The position numbers and the translations under genes are program-made. Under the pieces are notes generated by a model. The model did no database searches. It had not been told where the DNA came from and was given only the letters and a program-made list of their open reading frames with translations. This document shows, piece after piece, positions 20,521 through 29,861 of a DNA stretch of 64,000 nt (its first letter is position 1; each line of letters begins with the position of its first letter). The DNA comes from an uncultured virus (IMG/VR IMGVR_UViG_3300032232_000272) (lineage: Duplodnaviria; Heunggongvirae; Uroviricota; Caudoviricetes): IMG/VR virus record IMGVR_UViG_3300032232_000272. One strand, given 5' to 3'.

Positions 20521-21393
20521 TTATTGCTCCGCTAAATATGTTTGATATTGGTTGCACCATTGACTGACGGGGCAGAAGTTTGCGCAACGAGTGCGCTCGC
20601 CTGGTCTAGTCTCCACATAAAACCCTTTACCCATCTTTTCTACTGCGTCATCGGCTTCTTCTCTGGTGTCGTGGAGGGATTTGGCTCTGACGGCGCCTTC
20701 CTTTTTGACGGCGTATACCGCAGCTTTTTCCCAGCATTCGGCAGGTGTACAAGGTGAAATTTCTTCTCCAGTCTCCGTTGCGAATAGGGCTTCGGAGTGG
20801 GCGTGAATGCGCTCACGGATGTATCTTTCACGCTGTTCCATACTCCATAAAGGAACATCCAAGACCGCCACAGCAGCCTCTGGGTAGCCAGCACGGCTCT
20901 GAGCATCCCTTCGATTCCAATCACGAACAATAGCCACAATCTTGACCTTAGTGACTTGGATTTGCTTAACTGTTTCCACAAGCCAAGCATAGACATTGAG
21001 CTGTTGTTCCCATTCAATCTTTTCATTCATTACTCCCCATGCGCCAACGGTTTTATAGTCATTGATCTCAATGCCGTCGTCGTGGACGATCTGCAAATCA
21101 ATCGCTCCTGAAAGGCGCCAGCCATCCATCTCAGCATGGATTCTCTGCTCTACGATATGGTTAGCGTCTTTGCCTTGCTCCAAGACATGGTGTACCGCAG
21201 AACCAAATACAGACCAGATCATATCGGACACATCGGTCTCTATCTGATCGTCATACTTAGCCTTGAGTTGCACAATCCTTGGACTGTTCAAGAGTTCAGT
21301 AACCGATAGGTGTGCCTTACCCTTGCTGTAAGTTGGTCTCTCAACTATGTTGAGAAAGGTTTGGGGTAGTCCAAACTTATTTGTGATTTTCAC
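20521..21393 (-). CDS. PD-(D/E)XK (Cas4-like) exonuclease
   Basis: GSAVHHVLE, SGAIDL...INDYKT, QLNVY, C-terminal RCANFC...WC; GTG start. Confidence 0.8.
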   Translation of the reverse strand: MKITNKFGLPQTFLNIVERPTYSKGKAHLSVTELLNSPRIVQLKAKYDDQIETDVSDMIWSVFGSAVHHVLEQGKDANHIVEQRIHAEMDGWRLSGAIDLQIVHDDGIEINDYKTVGAWGVMNEKIEWEQQLNVYAWLVETVKQIQVTKVKIVAIVRDWNRRDAQSRAGYPEAAVAVLDVPLWSMEQRERYIRERIHAHSEALFATETGEEISPCTPAECWEKAAVYAVKKEGAVRAKSLHDTREEADDAVEKMGKGFYVETRPGERTRCANFCPVSQWCNQYQTYLAEQ

Positions 21394-21556
21394 GTTTTCC
21401 TCTTATCCACTGTTTTACTTGTATTGCCGCAATGATGATCTCATCTGCCATCTTTTCTGCTTCATCTAGTTTACTACCAAGCAACAGATTGTGCAATTTC
21501 TTTTCACCTGTTTTAATTGTAAGTATATCTTCTGCGTAATCAATCATGGTATTCCC

Positions 21557-21703
21557 TTATTTAGTTGCTAATATGTAAAGTCCAACATTACTAAATGCGT
21601 ATCCGCTATATACCACCGCCATAGGCAAGTTTCCTTTTACGCCTTGCTCTATGGCAATGTATGCATAGATAAGCCCAGTAACGATAATTAACCAGGAGCT
21701 CAT
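21557..21703 (-). CDS. 48-aa two-TM membrane protein (not in ORF track)
   Basis: MSSWLIIVTGLIYAYIAIEQGVKGNLPMAVVYSGYAFSNVGLYILATK; ATGA overlap with upstream gene. Confidence 0.55.
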   Translation of the reverse strand: MSSWLIIVTGLIYAYIAIEQGVKGNLPMAVVYSGYAFSNVGLYILATK

Positions 21704-22464
21704 GCTCTGGGCAATTCACCGCTAAAGTTATATGTACCACTGTGCGTTAGCTTTGCCCAAGGCGCTGCGTATACATGAAATCCATGCGAGCGGGCTAATT
21801 TGCAGAAGTGATAATCCTCAGACAGCAATCGGTTTGTTTCTTCGTCAATGCTGGTATCAAAGAACTCATGGAGTATAGACTTCTTGGGATTCGCCTCAAC
21901 AGTTAAGTGCATGTCATTGGTATAGGTAGGCACAAATTGCTTTAGGTGCTCAAATACTTCGCGCTTAATCAGCATGAATCCTGTGCCACCATTGGCAATT
22001 TCCATAGGCTGATTGATAGACCCTTGCTGTTCCTGAACATTGCCAACTAAGTTAACGACAAACGCCCCAGTCCAACGGTGTAATTCATCTGCTGGCACAC
22101 CGTCTTTGACCGCAGATGCCACTGACGGCCAATTGATTTCTTTCTTTGGATACAGACCGCAGATAATATCTTTATCGGCATTTAACATACGTACAATGTC
22201 CTCTGGATTAAATGTAATATCCGCATCAATAAACATGAGGTGCGTGGAATCTGTAGCTAGGAAGTCATCGGTCAATCTGTTGCGAGCCCTAGTAATTAAG
22301 GACTCATTCTGCATATAGCCGTAGTACATCTGTACATTGTTATTAGAAAATACTTGGACTGAACTTAGCATGCCCATGGCGTAACCGCCGGTACATAATC
22401 CACCATACATTGGCGTTGCAATAAATACTTTTGATTTTGGTTTGTCAGTCACTTTGCTCTCCAT
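21700..22464 (-). CDS. GT-A-fold glycosyltransferase-like protein
   Basis: VFIATPMYGG, SLITRARN, FIDADI (DxD), GTGFMLIKR, LSEDYHFC. Confidence 0.75.
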   Translation of the reverse strand: MESKVTDKPKSKVFIATPMYGGLCTGGYAMGMLSSVQVFSNNNVQMYYGYMQNESLITRARNRLTDDFLATDSTHLMFIDADITFNPEDIVRMLNADKDIICGLYPKKEINWPSVASAVKDGVPADELHRWTGAFVVNLVGNVQEQQGSINQPMEIANGGTGFMLIKREVFEHLKQFVPTYTNDMHLTVEANPKKSILHEFFDTSIDEETNRLLSEDYHFCKLARSHGFHVYAAPWAKLTHSGTYNFSGELPRA

Positions 22465-23186
22465 GGAAAATTGCCGTTATAAAGTTTATTCATGTATTCA
22501 TTACCTTCTTTAAAAAATATTTCCGCATCAGGACGGATTCTGTAGTTCACTGTATAAAGTCCAGTGCAACCATAACTATAAAAGTCCTTAGCCGTAGACA
22601 CCGCCACCCTAGATAACAATCTGTCAGTCCAGTAGTAATCGGTCTGTAAGGTGCTATTGATCTTCATTAGGAACTCGGTCTTAAAACAATAACAGTTCAT
22701 ATCCACCAGGTTAATGTTCTTCCAGCTTGCAAAGATCCCAAGGCTATCGCAGTCGTCGTTAAATAGGTAGTTGCCTTCCTGGTTGACACATTTGCGCAAG
22801 CTATAACACCACTCATGTTCCCGTTCTGGCATGTCAAACATGCTGAGCATGGTTTCTACATGATAGGGATCAAACCAATTGTCCTCATCCAAGAACAAAA
22901 CATGCTCGGCATTAACTAGATTAGATATGCCAGCATAGACTCGATTACCAAAGAATTTGACTCCATCCTTCTTGCTCCAATGGTTATTGGGTTTGCCCGT
23001 ATTCTCTGGTAGTAGGATGATCTTCTTGTTGGTATACTGCCTAGCCCAAATCATCTCAGCAGCCTTCTCTGCATGCTCTGCGCCATCAATCACGATCCAG
23101 TGCTCGCAGGGTTGACCCTCGGTGGAGTCCATAGCCTGAGCCAAGAAAGGCGTTCCAGTTGTAGGGGTTATGACTACTGCGCTCAT
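22449..23186 (-). CDS. Glycosyltransferase family 2-like
   Basis: VVITPTTG, VIDG, FLDEDNW motifs. Confidence 0.75.
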   Translation of the reverse strand: MSAVVITPTTGTPFLAQAMDSTEGQPCEHWIVIDGAEHAEKAAEMIWARQYTNKKIILLPENTGKPNNHWSKKDGVKFFGNRVYAGISNLVNAEHVLFLDEDNWFDPYHVETMLSMFDMPEREHEWCYSLRKCVNQEGNYLFNDDCDSLGIFASWKNINLVDMNCYCFKTEFLMKINSTLQTDYYWTDRLLSRVAVSTAKDFYSYGCTGLYTVNYRIRPDAEIFFKEGNEYMNKLYNGNFPWRAK

Positions 23187-23525
23187 TTATTTTGTTCCTT
23201 AGTATTTTTAATACGGTAAATTTGATTGTCTCTCCATGTAACTAATTTTGGTTTAGTCCAATAAATCTTTCCACACGCAGTTTTAATTCCCTGTTCAATC
23301 TCAGCACCATCAGCCCATGCCTTAATTAGTTCTGCGTGTTTGCGTGGTTCTGCCATTATTTCTGAATCCTCTCCCATAAATCAGACAAGGACATCCCTTT
23401 AATCTCTTTCCATCCAATGTGTACGCAGGCATACATAATGAACAGAAAGAAACTAAACACCGCAGCAAATATCAGCACCGCAAAGGTAGCCAAAAACAAA
23501 GCAAATAAATTTAGCATTGTGACGA

Positions 23526-24056
23526 TCATTTCTTCCTCACGGCCAGTTGATAGTTCTTTAGCACCATGTCAAATTGCCCGTCAAACGCAGATAGAAACGC
23601 ATCAATACCCAGTTTTGTTGGCTCATGCGGATATTCGTAGTCATCAAATAACATCACTCCACCGCTACGCAACAGACCCCAAGCCATACATGCGTCAGTC
23701 AATGCCATGTCGGGCGCGTGATTGCCATCCACATAAATAAAATCAAACACTTGTTTTTTAACGATTAAGTCTGCTATTGCTTGATAAGAAGTATTCTTAA
23801 TCAATACAACCATCTGACCCTTTATTGCCTCTCGTGTGTTATCCCAAAACCGTTGTTCTACATCCTGCATATTTTTGTATGGATCTATGCAATAAATAGT
23901 TCCTAGCTTTGGTAATGCTTTCTCCAGAAGCCAGCAGGTAGATCGACCCTCATAAGAGCCAATCTCTAAAAACTCTTTGCGTTGTTCGCCAACCGCCTCC
24001 ATGCATAACTGAAAGTTGGGTATGTTGTTTGTAAACCAATCTTGAGTAAAGTTCAT
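23526..24056 (-). CDS. Class I SAM methyltransferase (Methyltransf_24-like)
   Basis: LEIGSYEGRS, FDFIYVDGNH, GGVMLFDDY. Confidence 0.85.
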   Translation of the reverse strand: MNFTQDWFTNNIPNFQLCMEAVGEQRKEFLEIGSYEGRSTCWLLEKALPKLGTIYCIDPYKNMQDVEQRFWDNTREAIKGQMVVLIKNTSYQAIADLIVKKQVFDFIYVDGNHAPDMALTDACMAWGLLRSGGVMLFDDYEYPHEPTKLGIDAFLSAFDGQFDMVLKNYQLAVRKK

Positions 24057-25721
24057 TTCTTTTTTCTCTGTTTAAAGATCTTAGCTAACTTTTTTTCCCT
24101 CTCAGCTATCACCTCTGGCGGGGCATACTCGTCCAATTGATACACTTGTTTATAGGTATCAAACAACTTTTCTAGGCGCAGTTCTAGGTGGTTCTGAACC
24201 GCCATAATGCCGTTGCATAACTGATCTTCACTCATCTGGTCAGGATGATCCATATAACGCCATAGCAACGCATCTAGCTGGTCTGCGACGCTGTTTAGCA
24301 TATGGATCTCAGATTCAATGTAATGGTGCTCTTTCATGTCAGCATCAACTTTAAGCAAACAACCATCAAAACAAAGCAGCTAGAACAGAAAACAATCTTA
24401 TCAATCCAATACCGGCGGTTTAGAACGCCTGGATCATGGATCAAATACGACTGAATTAAGAGCATGTCACAGTCTTGCTCCACATACTTTGGTGGCTCAT
24501 AGTACTGACCGATTTTTACTTTTCCGTTGTTGTAATACTGTACTGGTTTCACGTTTTCTCCTTTATTAAAATAATGCCTCTGGTAACTTTAATTCTGGCG
24601 GTGGATCAACCTTCATATATCGGTATGTCCAATCCGTATAAGTTTTAATCAAATGCTCTGCCTCATGCTTGGTCTTAACCATGCGGATAGGCTGTCCAAA
24701 TTCGTCGTATAGCATGTACATTATTTAATCCCATGCCTTTCTTCAATGGCTCTAACAAACTTTAGATCTTCTTTGGTTAGCTCAGTAAACCCATATGCTT
24801 CACGGGCACACGCAACAATCTGATCCATGTCTAACGGTTTTGACTTGTAGATTCCGTGTAAAAATGGCTTTGGCTCCGTGACTACGGCATCCTCATAGCC
24901 AGGTTGGTACGGCGCTTCTGCTACATAATTTGGTTTACCCATTTCTTTCCTCGTCGTGTTTAATAATCCAATTTAATGCGTCTGTAAGAACATCAAATGT
25001 AGGCGATTGAACACCTTTATACTCCCAAAAATATGATGGTTTGTCTGCCACTTCCCATGTGTCATTTCTCCACTTGGCAGTTTTATTGTGAACAATATGT
25101 AGGTTCAATTCATTTCATCCAAAATGTCTTGATCTAAACAACGCAACATGCGCTCCAATGTTTCTCGCAAATCCGCAATATTTTCACCGCAAACGCTGAC
25201 GCCCTTAGAGGTATGGGCAAATACACTGCCGTCCTCTTCGTAATAGACTTCGCAGATCTCATACCAATCTTCGTCGCCCTTAAATTGCACCACTCGATGG
25301 TTCCACGAGCTCATTGCTCCCGCTCCTTCAATAGTTTTTCAGCGTAGTCAAACTCTTGTTTAAGCCTTGCTTCCAACTCCGCTATTCGGTCTGCTCTAGT
25401 ATCCCAACCCTTACTCCATGCGATGCACCATACATCGTAAAAGCCATTCAACGGAAAGCCCTCCTTATCAACCGCCCAACCCGCAACATCTTTGCGTTTA
25501 ATAAATGCTTCCCATGCCTTGTCTCTATCGGGGTTGTTGATTTGAATATCGTCAAACAATCCTGTATTCATTTCTCTCAGATCTTTCCGTCGTTTTTTGG
25601 CAAACGCTTCGGCTTCTTCTAAAGAACATACTTTGTACTCGTCGGCTTCTTTCATGTAGGTTCCTCGGTCTATTGCTTTAGCGACCTGACGTGCCTTATC
25701 AAAGAATTGTTTTTCATCCAT
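24053..25721 (-). other. Small hypothetical genes at the start of the leftward arm (24053-24358, 24334-24552, 24721-24942, 25105-25314, 25311-25721)
   Basis: Co-oriented overlapping ORFs, several with GAGG/GGAG RBS. Confidence 0.55.
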
Positions 25722-25796
25722 TTGCGTTTCCTCTATAATCATATTATGCACGAACCAAACAGGTTGTACCTAATCTATTTCATGTATTGTAATCTA

Positions 25797-25814
25797 CATG
25801 GTAACGTTTCCATG
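25797..25814. promoter_or_regulatory. 18-bp near-palindrome CATGGTAACGTTTCCATG at the divergence point
   Basis: Exact reverse-complement copy at 38569-38586; core AAACGTTACC again at 26325-26334. Confidence 0.65.
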
Positions 25815-25831
25815 AATAGGTACTTTCCCTA

Positions 25832-26185
25832 ATGATTACATTCCAGTTCCCATACCCGCCATCCGTCAATTCGTACTGGCTACAGTCTGGTAAGCGTCGT
25901 TATATTTCCAAGCGGGGCGTAGAGTTTAAGAAAGCGGTGCATGAAATTTGTAAACAATCAGAAACATTTTTCGGCAACAAGCATGTTGAGGTATCCATCA
26001 TTCTGTTCCCGCGTGATAAGCGCCTCCTAGATATTGATAACTGCTGCAAAGCCATCCTTGATTCCATGAATGGGATTATGTTTGACGATGACCAGCAGGT
26101 CTGGAAGCTCACGGTAGAGCGCGGTGAAAAGATCAAGGGTGGTGGGTGTCAGGTAACCATCTCAGAATATAAGGGTAAACCCTAA
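25832..26185 (+). CDS. rusA: RusA Holliday junction resolvase
   Basis: PYPPSVNSYW, DIDNCCKAILD, DDDQQV motifs. Confidence 0.9.
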   Translation: MITFQFPYPPSVNSYWLQSGKRRYISKRGVEFKKAVHEICKQSETFFGNKHVEVSIILFPRDKRLLDIDNCCKAILDSMNGIMFDDDQQVWKLTVERGEKIKGGGCQVTISEYKGKP

Positions 26186-26216
26186 TACTGTATATCCATA
26201 CAGATTCATGTAGAAT
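26186..26216 (+). promoter_or_regulatory. LexA (SOS) box overlapping a sigma70-like promoter
   Basis: CTGTATATCCATACAG at 26188-26203; CTGTAT-17 bp-TAGAAT (26211-26216). Confidence 0.75.
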
Positions 26217-26221
26217 TATAT

Positions 26222-26309
26222 GGACGACTATTCTCCATGGCCGTCTTCATTTGTGATTTTCCTTGTATGTTTGGGGGTTGGCTTTCACGTGGCTGACCCC
26301 CTTTTTTTT
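26222..26309 (+). ncRNA. Candidate ~88-nt small RNA ending in an intrinsic terminator
   Basis: Promoter/SOS box upstream; 5' hairpin with UCUCC loop; terminator stem 26274-26300 followed by T9. Confidence 0.5.
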
Positions 26310-26418
26310 GGTGATTCGTAACATAAACGTTACCTTAACCCCACTTAATGTAATAAATACGATACATTGTTGCACTGCACCATTTATCGTAGTAGACTAT
26401 GGTTTTAAGGAGAAAACC

Positions 26419-26598
26419 ATGTTCAAACGCTATGCAGAAATCGCAGACCAAACTGTTTCAAACCTTGTAGACCTAGCACCTAAAATGCCTACGCCCGCCG
26501 AATACATTGACGCAGCGATCCAGGCAAACAAGTTATGGGCAAAGGTTGTAGAAGATTCTTTGGCTACCATGACCAAGGGTGTTTACAACTTTAAATAA
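26419..26598 (+). CDS. 59-aa amphipathic protein, possibly phasin-like
   Basis: AAGGAG RBS; helical Ala-rich sequence; TGTTGCACTGCACCA upstream at 26368-26382. Confidence 0.5.
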   Translation: MFKRYAEIADQTVSNLVDLAPKMPTPAEYIDAAIQANKLWAKVVEDSLATMTKGVYNFK

Positions 26599-26660
26599 TC
26601 TGTGGTAAATTAGTAGCACTAGGAGATTGTGGAAAATCTCCTTGTGTTACAATATCCGAA

Positions 26661-26966
26661 CAAGCCCCGTAGTGTATGGGGTCTATACCAGTATCTTTTG
26701 AGTTGGTTGGTTCGGTGACAACACAAAGGGTATTTTCCACATAGACCTCATACCTTACGGGGTTTTGCTTTTCTAGTGCCTGATCTGTTGGACGGGGAAT
26801 ACCACACCAGCGACAGATCTTGTAAGCGGACTGGGGGTAAGTAACTGAAACACCGCACAAAGGGATGGCGAAGGAAGAGTCCCTGTTACGCACGTCTTCC
26901 GGGTGCTGTGGCTCCGATTGGAAACGGCTGAAGGACGCATCAGGTGGGCAAGGTGCGTCCACCAAA
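26661..26966 (+). ncRNA. Candidate large structured RNA / leader
   Basis: Extended -10 TGTTACAAT at 26645-26653; at least six helices and three loop-distal complementarities; no credible ORF. Confidence 0.6.
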
Positions 26967-27015
26967 TGGAAACAGAGACTGTGTTAGACATATACAGAGA
27001 TATACAGGGAGGGGC

Positions 27016-27204
27016 ATGGAAGTCCGAAAAATGTTGCAAAAACAAATAGGGATAATCCCTGATAGCGTAAAAACTGGATCCGTGCAAAATGTAATCCAGT
27101 GGAAAGAAAAAGCAGAACGGGCAACGAAATTATTAAAAAACCCTAGAGCGTCAGTCCGTGAAATGCAAGACGCACTAGAACAATTACAGAGGATAAGCAA
27201 ATGA
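27016..27204 (+). CDS. Hypothetical protein (62 aa)
   Basis: GGAGG RBS before ATG 27016; stop overlaps the ParB-like gene. Confidence 0.55.
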   Translation: MEVRKMLQKQIGIIPDSVKTGSVQNVIQWKEKAERATKLLKNPRASVREMQDALEQLQRISK

Positions 27205-28007
27205 ACTTGAAGTTAAGCGATATACGCGTTGATGGAGATTTACAAGTAAGGGCTACGATCAATGATGCAGTTGTCTCAGATTATTACGACATCCTACGAG
27301 AGGGTGGCAAGCTCCCTCCAGTTATTGTGTTCTTTGACAGTGCGCAGTATCACCTGGCTGATGGATACCACCGCTTCCATGCTCACAAGTCTGCGGGCTT
27401 GGCTCTCATTGAAGCAGATGTCCGTGAAGGAACGAAACGGGACGCAATGCTCTACGCCTTGGGCGCTAATGCAGAACATGGTTTCCGTAGAACTGCACAA
27501 GATAAGCACAAAGCAGTCACGATTATGCTCAATGATATGGAGTGGGGTGAGTGGTCTGACCGAGAGATTGCAAAGCAGTGCAAAGTATCTCATCCATTTG
27601 TTTCAAAGGTTCGCAAAGAACTAGGTGCTGATACCGACGCCGTAAAGTACAGCCGTAACGGTAAAGAGCAGACCAGAAAGAAAGCAAAAAAAGATGCGCA
27701 GAGTGAAGATCAATCTGAGCCAAACCCTCTTGAGACTAAGGTTCAGGAACTTGCAACGGAGTATGCTGAACTGGCGGAAGAGAAGGCAAAACTGGAAGAC
27801 AGGATTGCGGTCGCCGCAGTGGATGCGACAGAGGAAGAAAAGAATCAATACGCTGAAACTTTGGAGTCTCTCCGCTCACAAGTTAAAACTTTGGAGGTTG
27901 AGAACAGAGCGCTAAAGGCGACTCGCTCGGCATTACAAGACGAGAACAATCAGTTGAAGAAGCAAGTGAATTATTGGAAAAAACAAGCACAGAAAGGGAC
28001 TAAATGA
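27201..28007 (+). CDS. ParB/Srx N-terminal domain protein with HTH and coiled coil
   Basis: LPPVIV...LADGYHRFHA ParB box; WSDREIAKQCKVSHPFVSKVR HTH. Confidence 0.8.
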   Translation: MNLKLSDIRVDGDLQVRATINDAVVSDYYDILREGGKLPPVIVFFDSAQYHLADGYHRFHAHKSAGLALIEADVREGTKRDAMLYALGANAEHGFRRTAQDKHKAVTIMLNDMEWGEWSDREIAKQCKVSHPFVSKVRKELGADTDAVKYSRNGKEQTRKKAKKDAQSEDQSEPNPLETKVQELATEYAELAEEKAKLEDRIAVAAVDATEEEKNQYAETLESLRSQVKTLEVENRALKATRSALQDENNQLKKQVNYWKKQAQKGTK

Positions 28008-28206
28008 TTCGGTCAAACATTGAGCCGGCAGATTACGAACAGGCACAGATCATCTTACAAAGCACGATGGATTGCTTGGGCAGTAACGAGCCGACTGAAT
28101 TTCAATCGTTAATCATTGATAACTTAAAGAGAGTCATTGACGAATTTAGACTAACCATGACGCATTAAAGCGACGCTGGGCGCTTTCCCAGCAGATAGGA
28201 ATACAA

Positions 28207-29691
28207 ATGTTAGAGTTGCGCGAGCATCAGCTCGAAGTAGTGGAGAAATTAAACGAAGGTTTTGCCAACGGCCACACCAGGCAGTTGTTGTATGCACCAA
28301 CAGGATTTGGTAAGACCGAGGTAGCAATGGCTATTATGAAAGCCGTTGCTGACAATTATCAGAAGACCGCCATGGTCTTGGATCGTATCGTCTTGGTCAA
28401 TCAAACAAGTATGCGTCTTGCCCGTTATGGTATTGAGCATGGCGTGATGCAATCAGGGCACTGGAGAGAGCGCCCATACGAAAAGATCCAAGTCTGTTCG
28501 GCCCAGACCCTAGAAAAGCGTAAGAATACACCAGACATTGATCTATTGATTATTGACGAGTGCCACGTCCTGCGCCGTTCTACTGTTAACTTCTTAAAAG
28601 ATAACCCCCAAATCAAGGTCATTGGATTGACCGCTACGCCATTCACCAAAGGTTTGGGTGATATCTATACCCATATCATTGGCGCATCTCCTACGGGCGA
28701 TCTGATTGAAAAGGGATGGCTTGTCCCGCTTAAAGTATTTATCGCTAAAGAGATTGATATGACAGGCGTTAAGAAGATTGCGGGCGAATGGTCTGCTGAC
28801 CAAGTATCTGAACGTGGTATGCGTATCGTTGGGGATGTCGTATCTGAATGGGCTAAGAAAACTTATGAGATCTTTGGTAAGCCCGTTAAGACTATCGTAT
28901 TCTGCGCCGGCGTAGATCATGGCAAAGAGTTAGCAAAGCGATTTGAAGATGCAGGATTTAACTTTAAGTCAATCTCCTACAAAGAGGACGACGACTACAA
29001 GAGAATGATTATTGAGGATTTCTCCCGACCTGATACCGATATCAATGGGCTGATTGCTACAGACATTCTGACCCGTGGATTTGATGTTACCGATGTAATG
29101 ATTGGTGTATCAGCAAGACCCTTCTCAAAATCATTCTCTTCCCATGTTCAGCAGATGGGGCGCGTAATGCGTCCGCATGAGGGCAAAGAGTATGGGGTAT
29201 GGCTAGATCACTCTGGCAATTACCTTCGATTCAAAGACGATTGGGATCGGGTGTTTGACTATGGCGTTGACTCCCTGGATGGTGGTCTTGAAGAGAAGGC
29301 TAAGAAAGAGCCGACTGAGAAAGAAAAAGTAGAAGCCAAGTGCCCATCTTGTGGTGCGCTATGGATTTGGAAGTCGGATGAGTGCGGTGAATGCGGGCAC
29401 ATCAAGAAGAAGATCGCACAGATCCAAGTATTGGATGGTGAACTGCAAGAGTTAGCCGTTGCCAATTCCAAACTAAAGATTGATAACCGACAGTTTTTCC
29501 AAGAACTTATGCACTACGCCACATCTCGTGGATACAAGGAGGGTTGGGCAGCTCACAAATATAAAGAGAAATTCGGAGTCTTTCCTAAGAACATACCAAA
29601 AGAAATGAAGCCTCCGTCGCCACAGACATTGAGTTGGATTAAGAGTCGCATGATCGCATACAGTAAATCAAAACAGAGGATAGCAGCATGA
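28207..29691 (+). CDS. Superfamily 2 DExH helicase with Zn ribbon
   Basis: APTGFGKT, DECH, LTATP, QQMGRVMR, CPSC...CGEC. Confidence 0.9.
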   Translation: MLELREHQLEVVEKLNEGFANGHTRQLLYAPTGFGKTEVAMAIMKAVADNYQKTAMVLDRIVLVNQTSMRLARYGIEHGVMQSGHWRERPYEKIQVCSAQTLEKRKNTPDIDLLIIDECHVLRRSTVNFLKDNPQIKVIGLTATPFTKGLGDIYTHIIGASPTGDLIEKGWLVPLKVFIAKEIDMTGVKKIAGEWSADQVSERGMRIVGDVVSEWAKKTYEIFGKPVKTIVFCAGVDHGKELAKRFEDAGFNFKSISYKEDDDYKRMIIEDFSRPDTDINGLIATDILTRGFDVTDVMIGVSARPFSKSFSSHVQQMGRVMRPHEGKEYGVWLDHSGNYLRFKDDWDRVFDYGVDSLDGGLEEKAKKEPTEKEKVEAKCPSCGALWIWKSDECGECGHIKKKIAQIQVLDGELQELAVANSKLKIDNRQFFQELMHYATSRGYKEGWAAHKYKEKFGVFPKNIPKEMKPPSPQTLSWIKSRMIAYSKSKQRIAA

Positions 29692-29861
29692 GAAAATACA
29701 TAAAGAAAACACATTACGAAATGACCTACGATGAGATCGCCAAAGAACTAGGCGTGAGCAGAGAGGCAGTCGCCGAAGTTTGCAAAAGGGCAGAGGCTAA
29801 AGTTAAAGAAGCCCTTAAACAAAAAGGGATAGACCCTGATGATCTATATGGTGAACTATGA
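29688..29861 (+). CDS. Sigma70 region-4-like HTH protein (57 aa, not in ORF track)
   Basis: MTYDEIAKELGVSREAV; ATGA overlaps at both ends. Confidence 0.65.
   Translation: MRKYIKKTHYEMTYDEIAKELGVSREAVAEVCKRAEAKVKEALKQKGIDPDDLYGEL

Noticed and set aside
20521..21393. Cas4-like gene as evidence of a CRISPR system
   Set aside because: No repeat-spacer array or other cas genes; context is ERF/SSB recombination
26282..26294. TTTCACGTGG as a chromosomal parS site
   Set aside because: Only a partial match to GTTTCACGTGAAAC, and it lies in a terminator loop
26263..26418. Long version of the 26263-26598 ORF
   Set aside because: Runs through a terminator; the strong RBS is at ATG 26419
26591..27200. 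Minus-strand ORFs 26591-26965, 26773-27087, 26940-27200 and the GTG start at 26944
   Set aside because: No RBS, atypical composition, overlapping a structured RNA; the real + start is probably 27016
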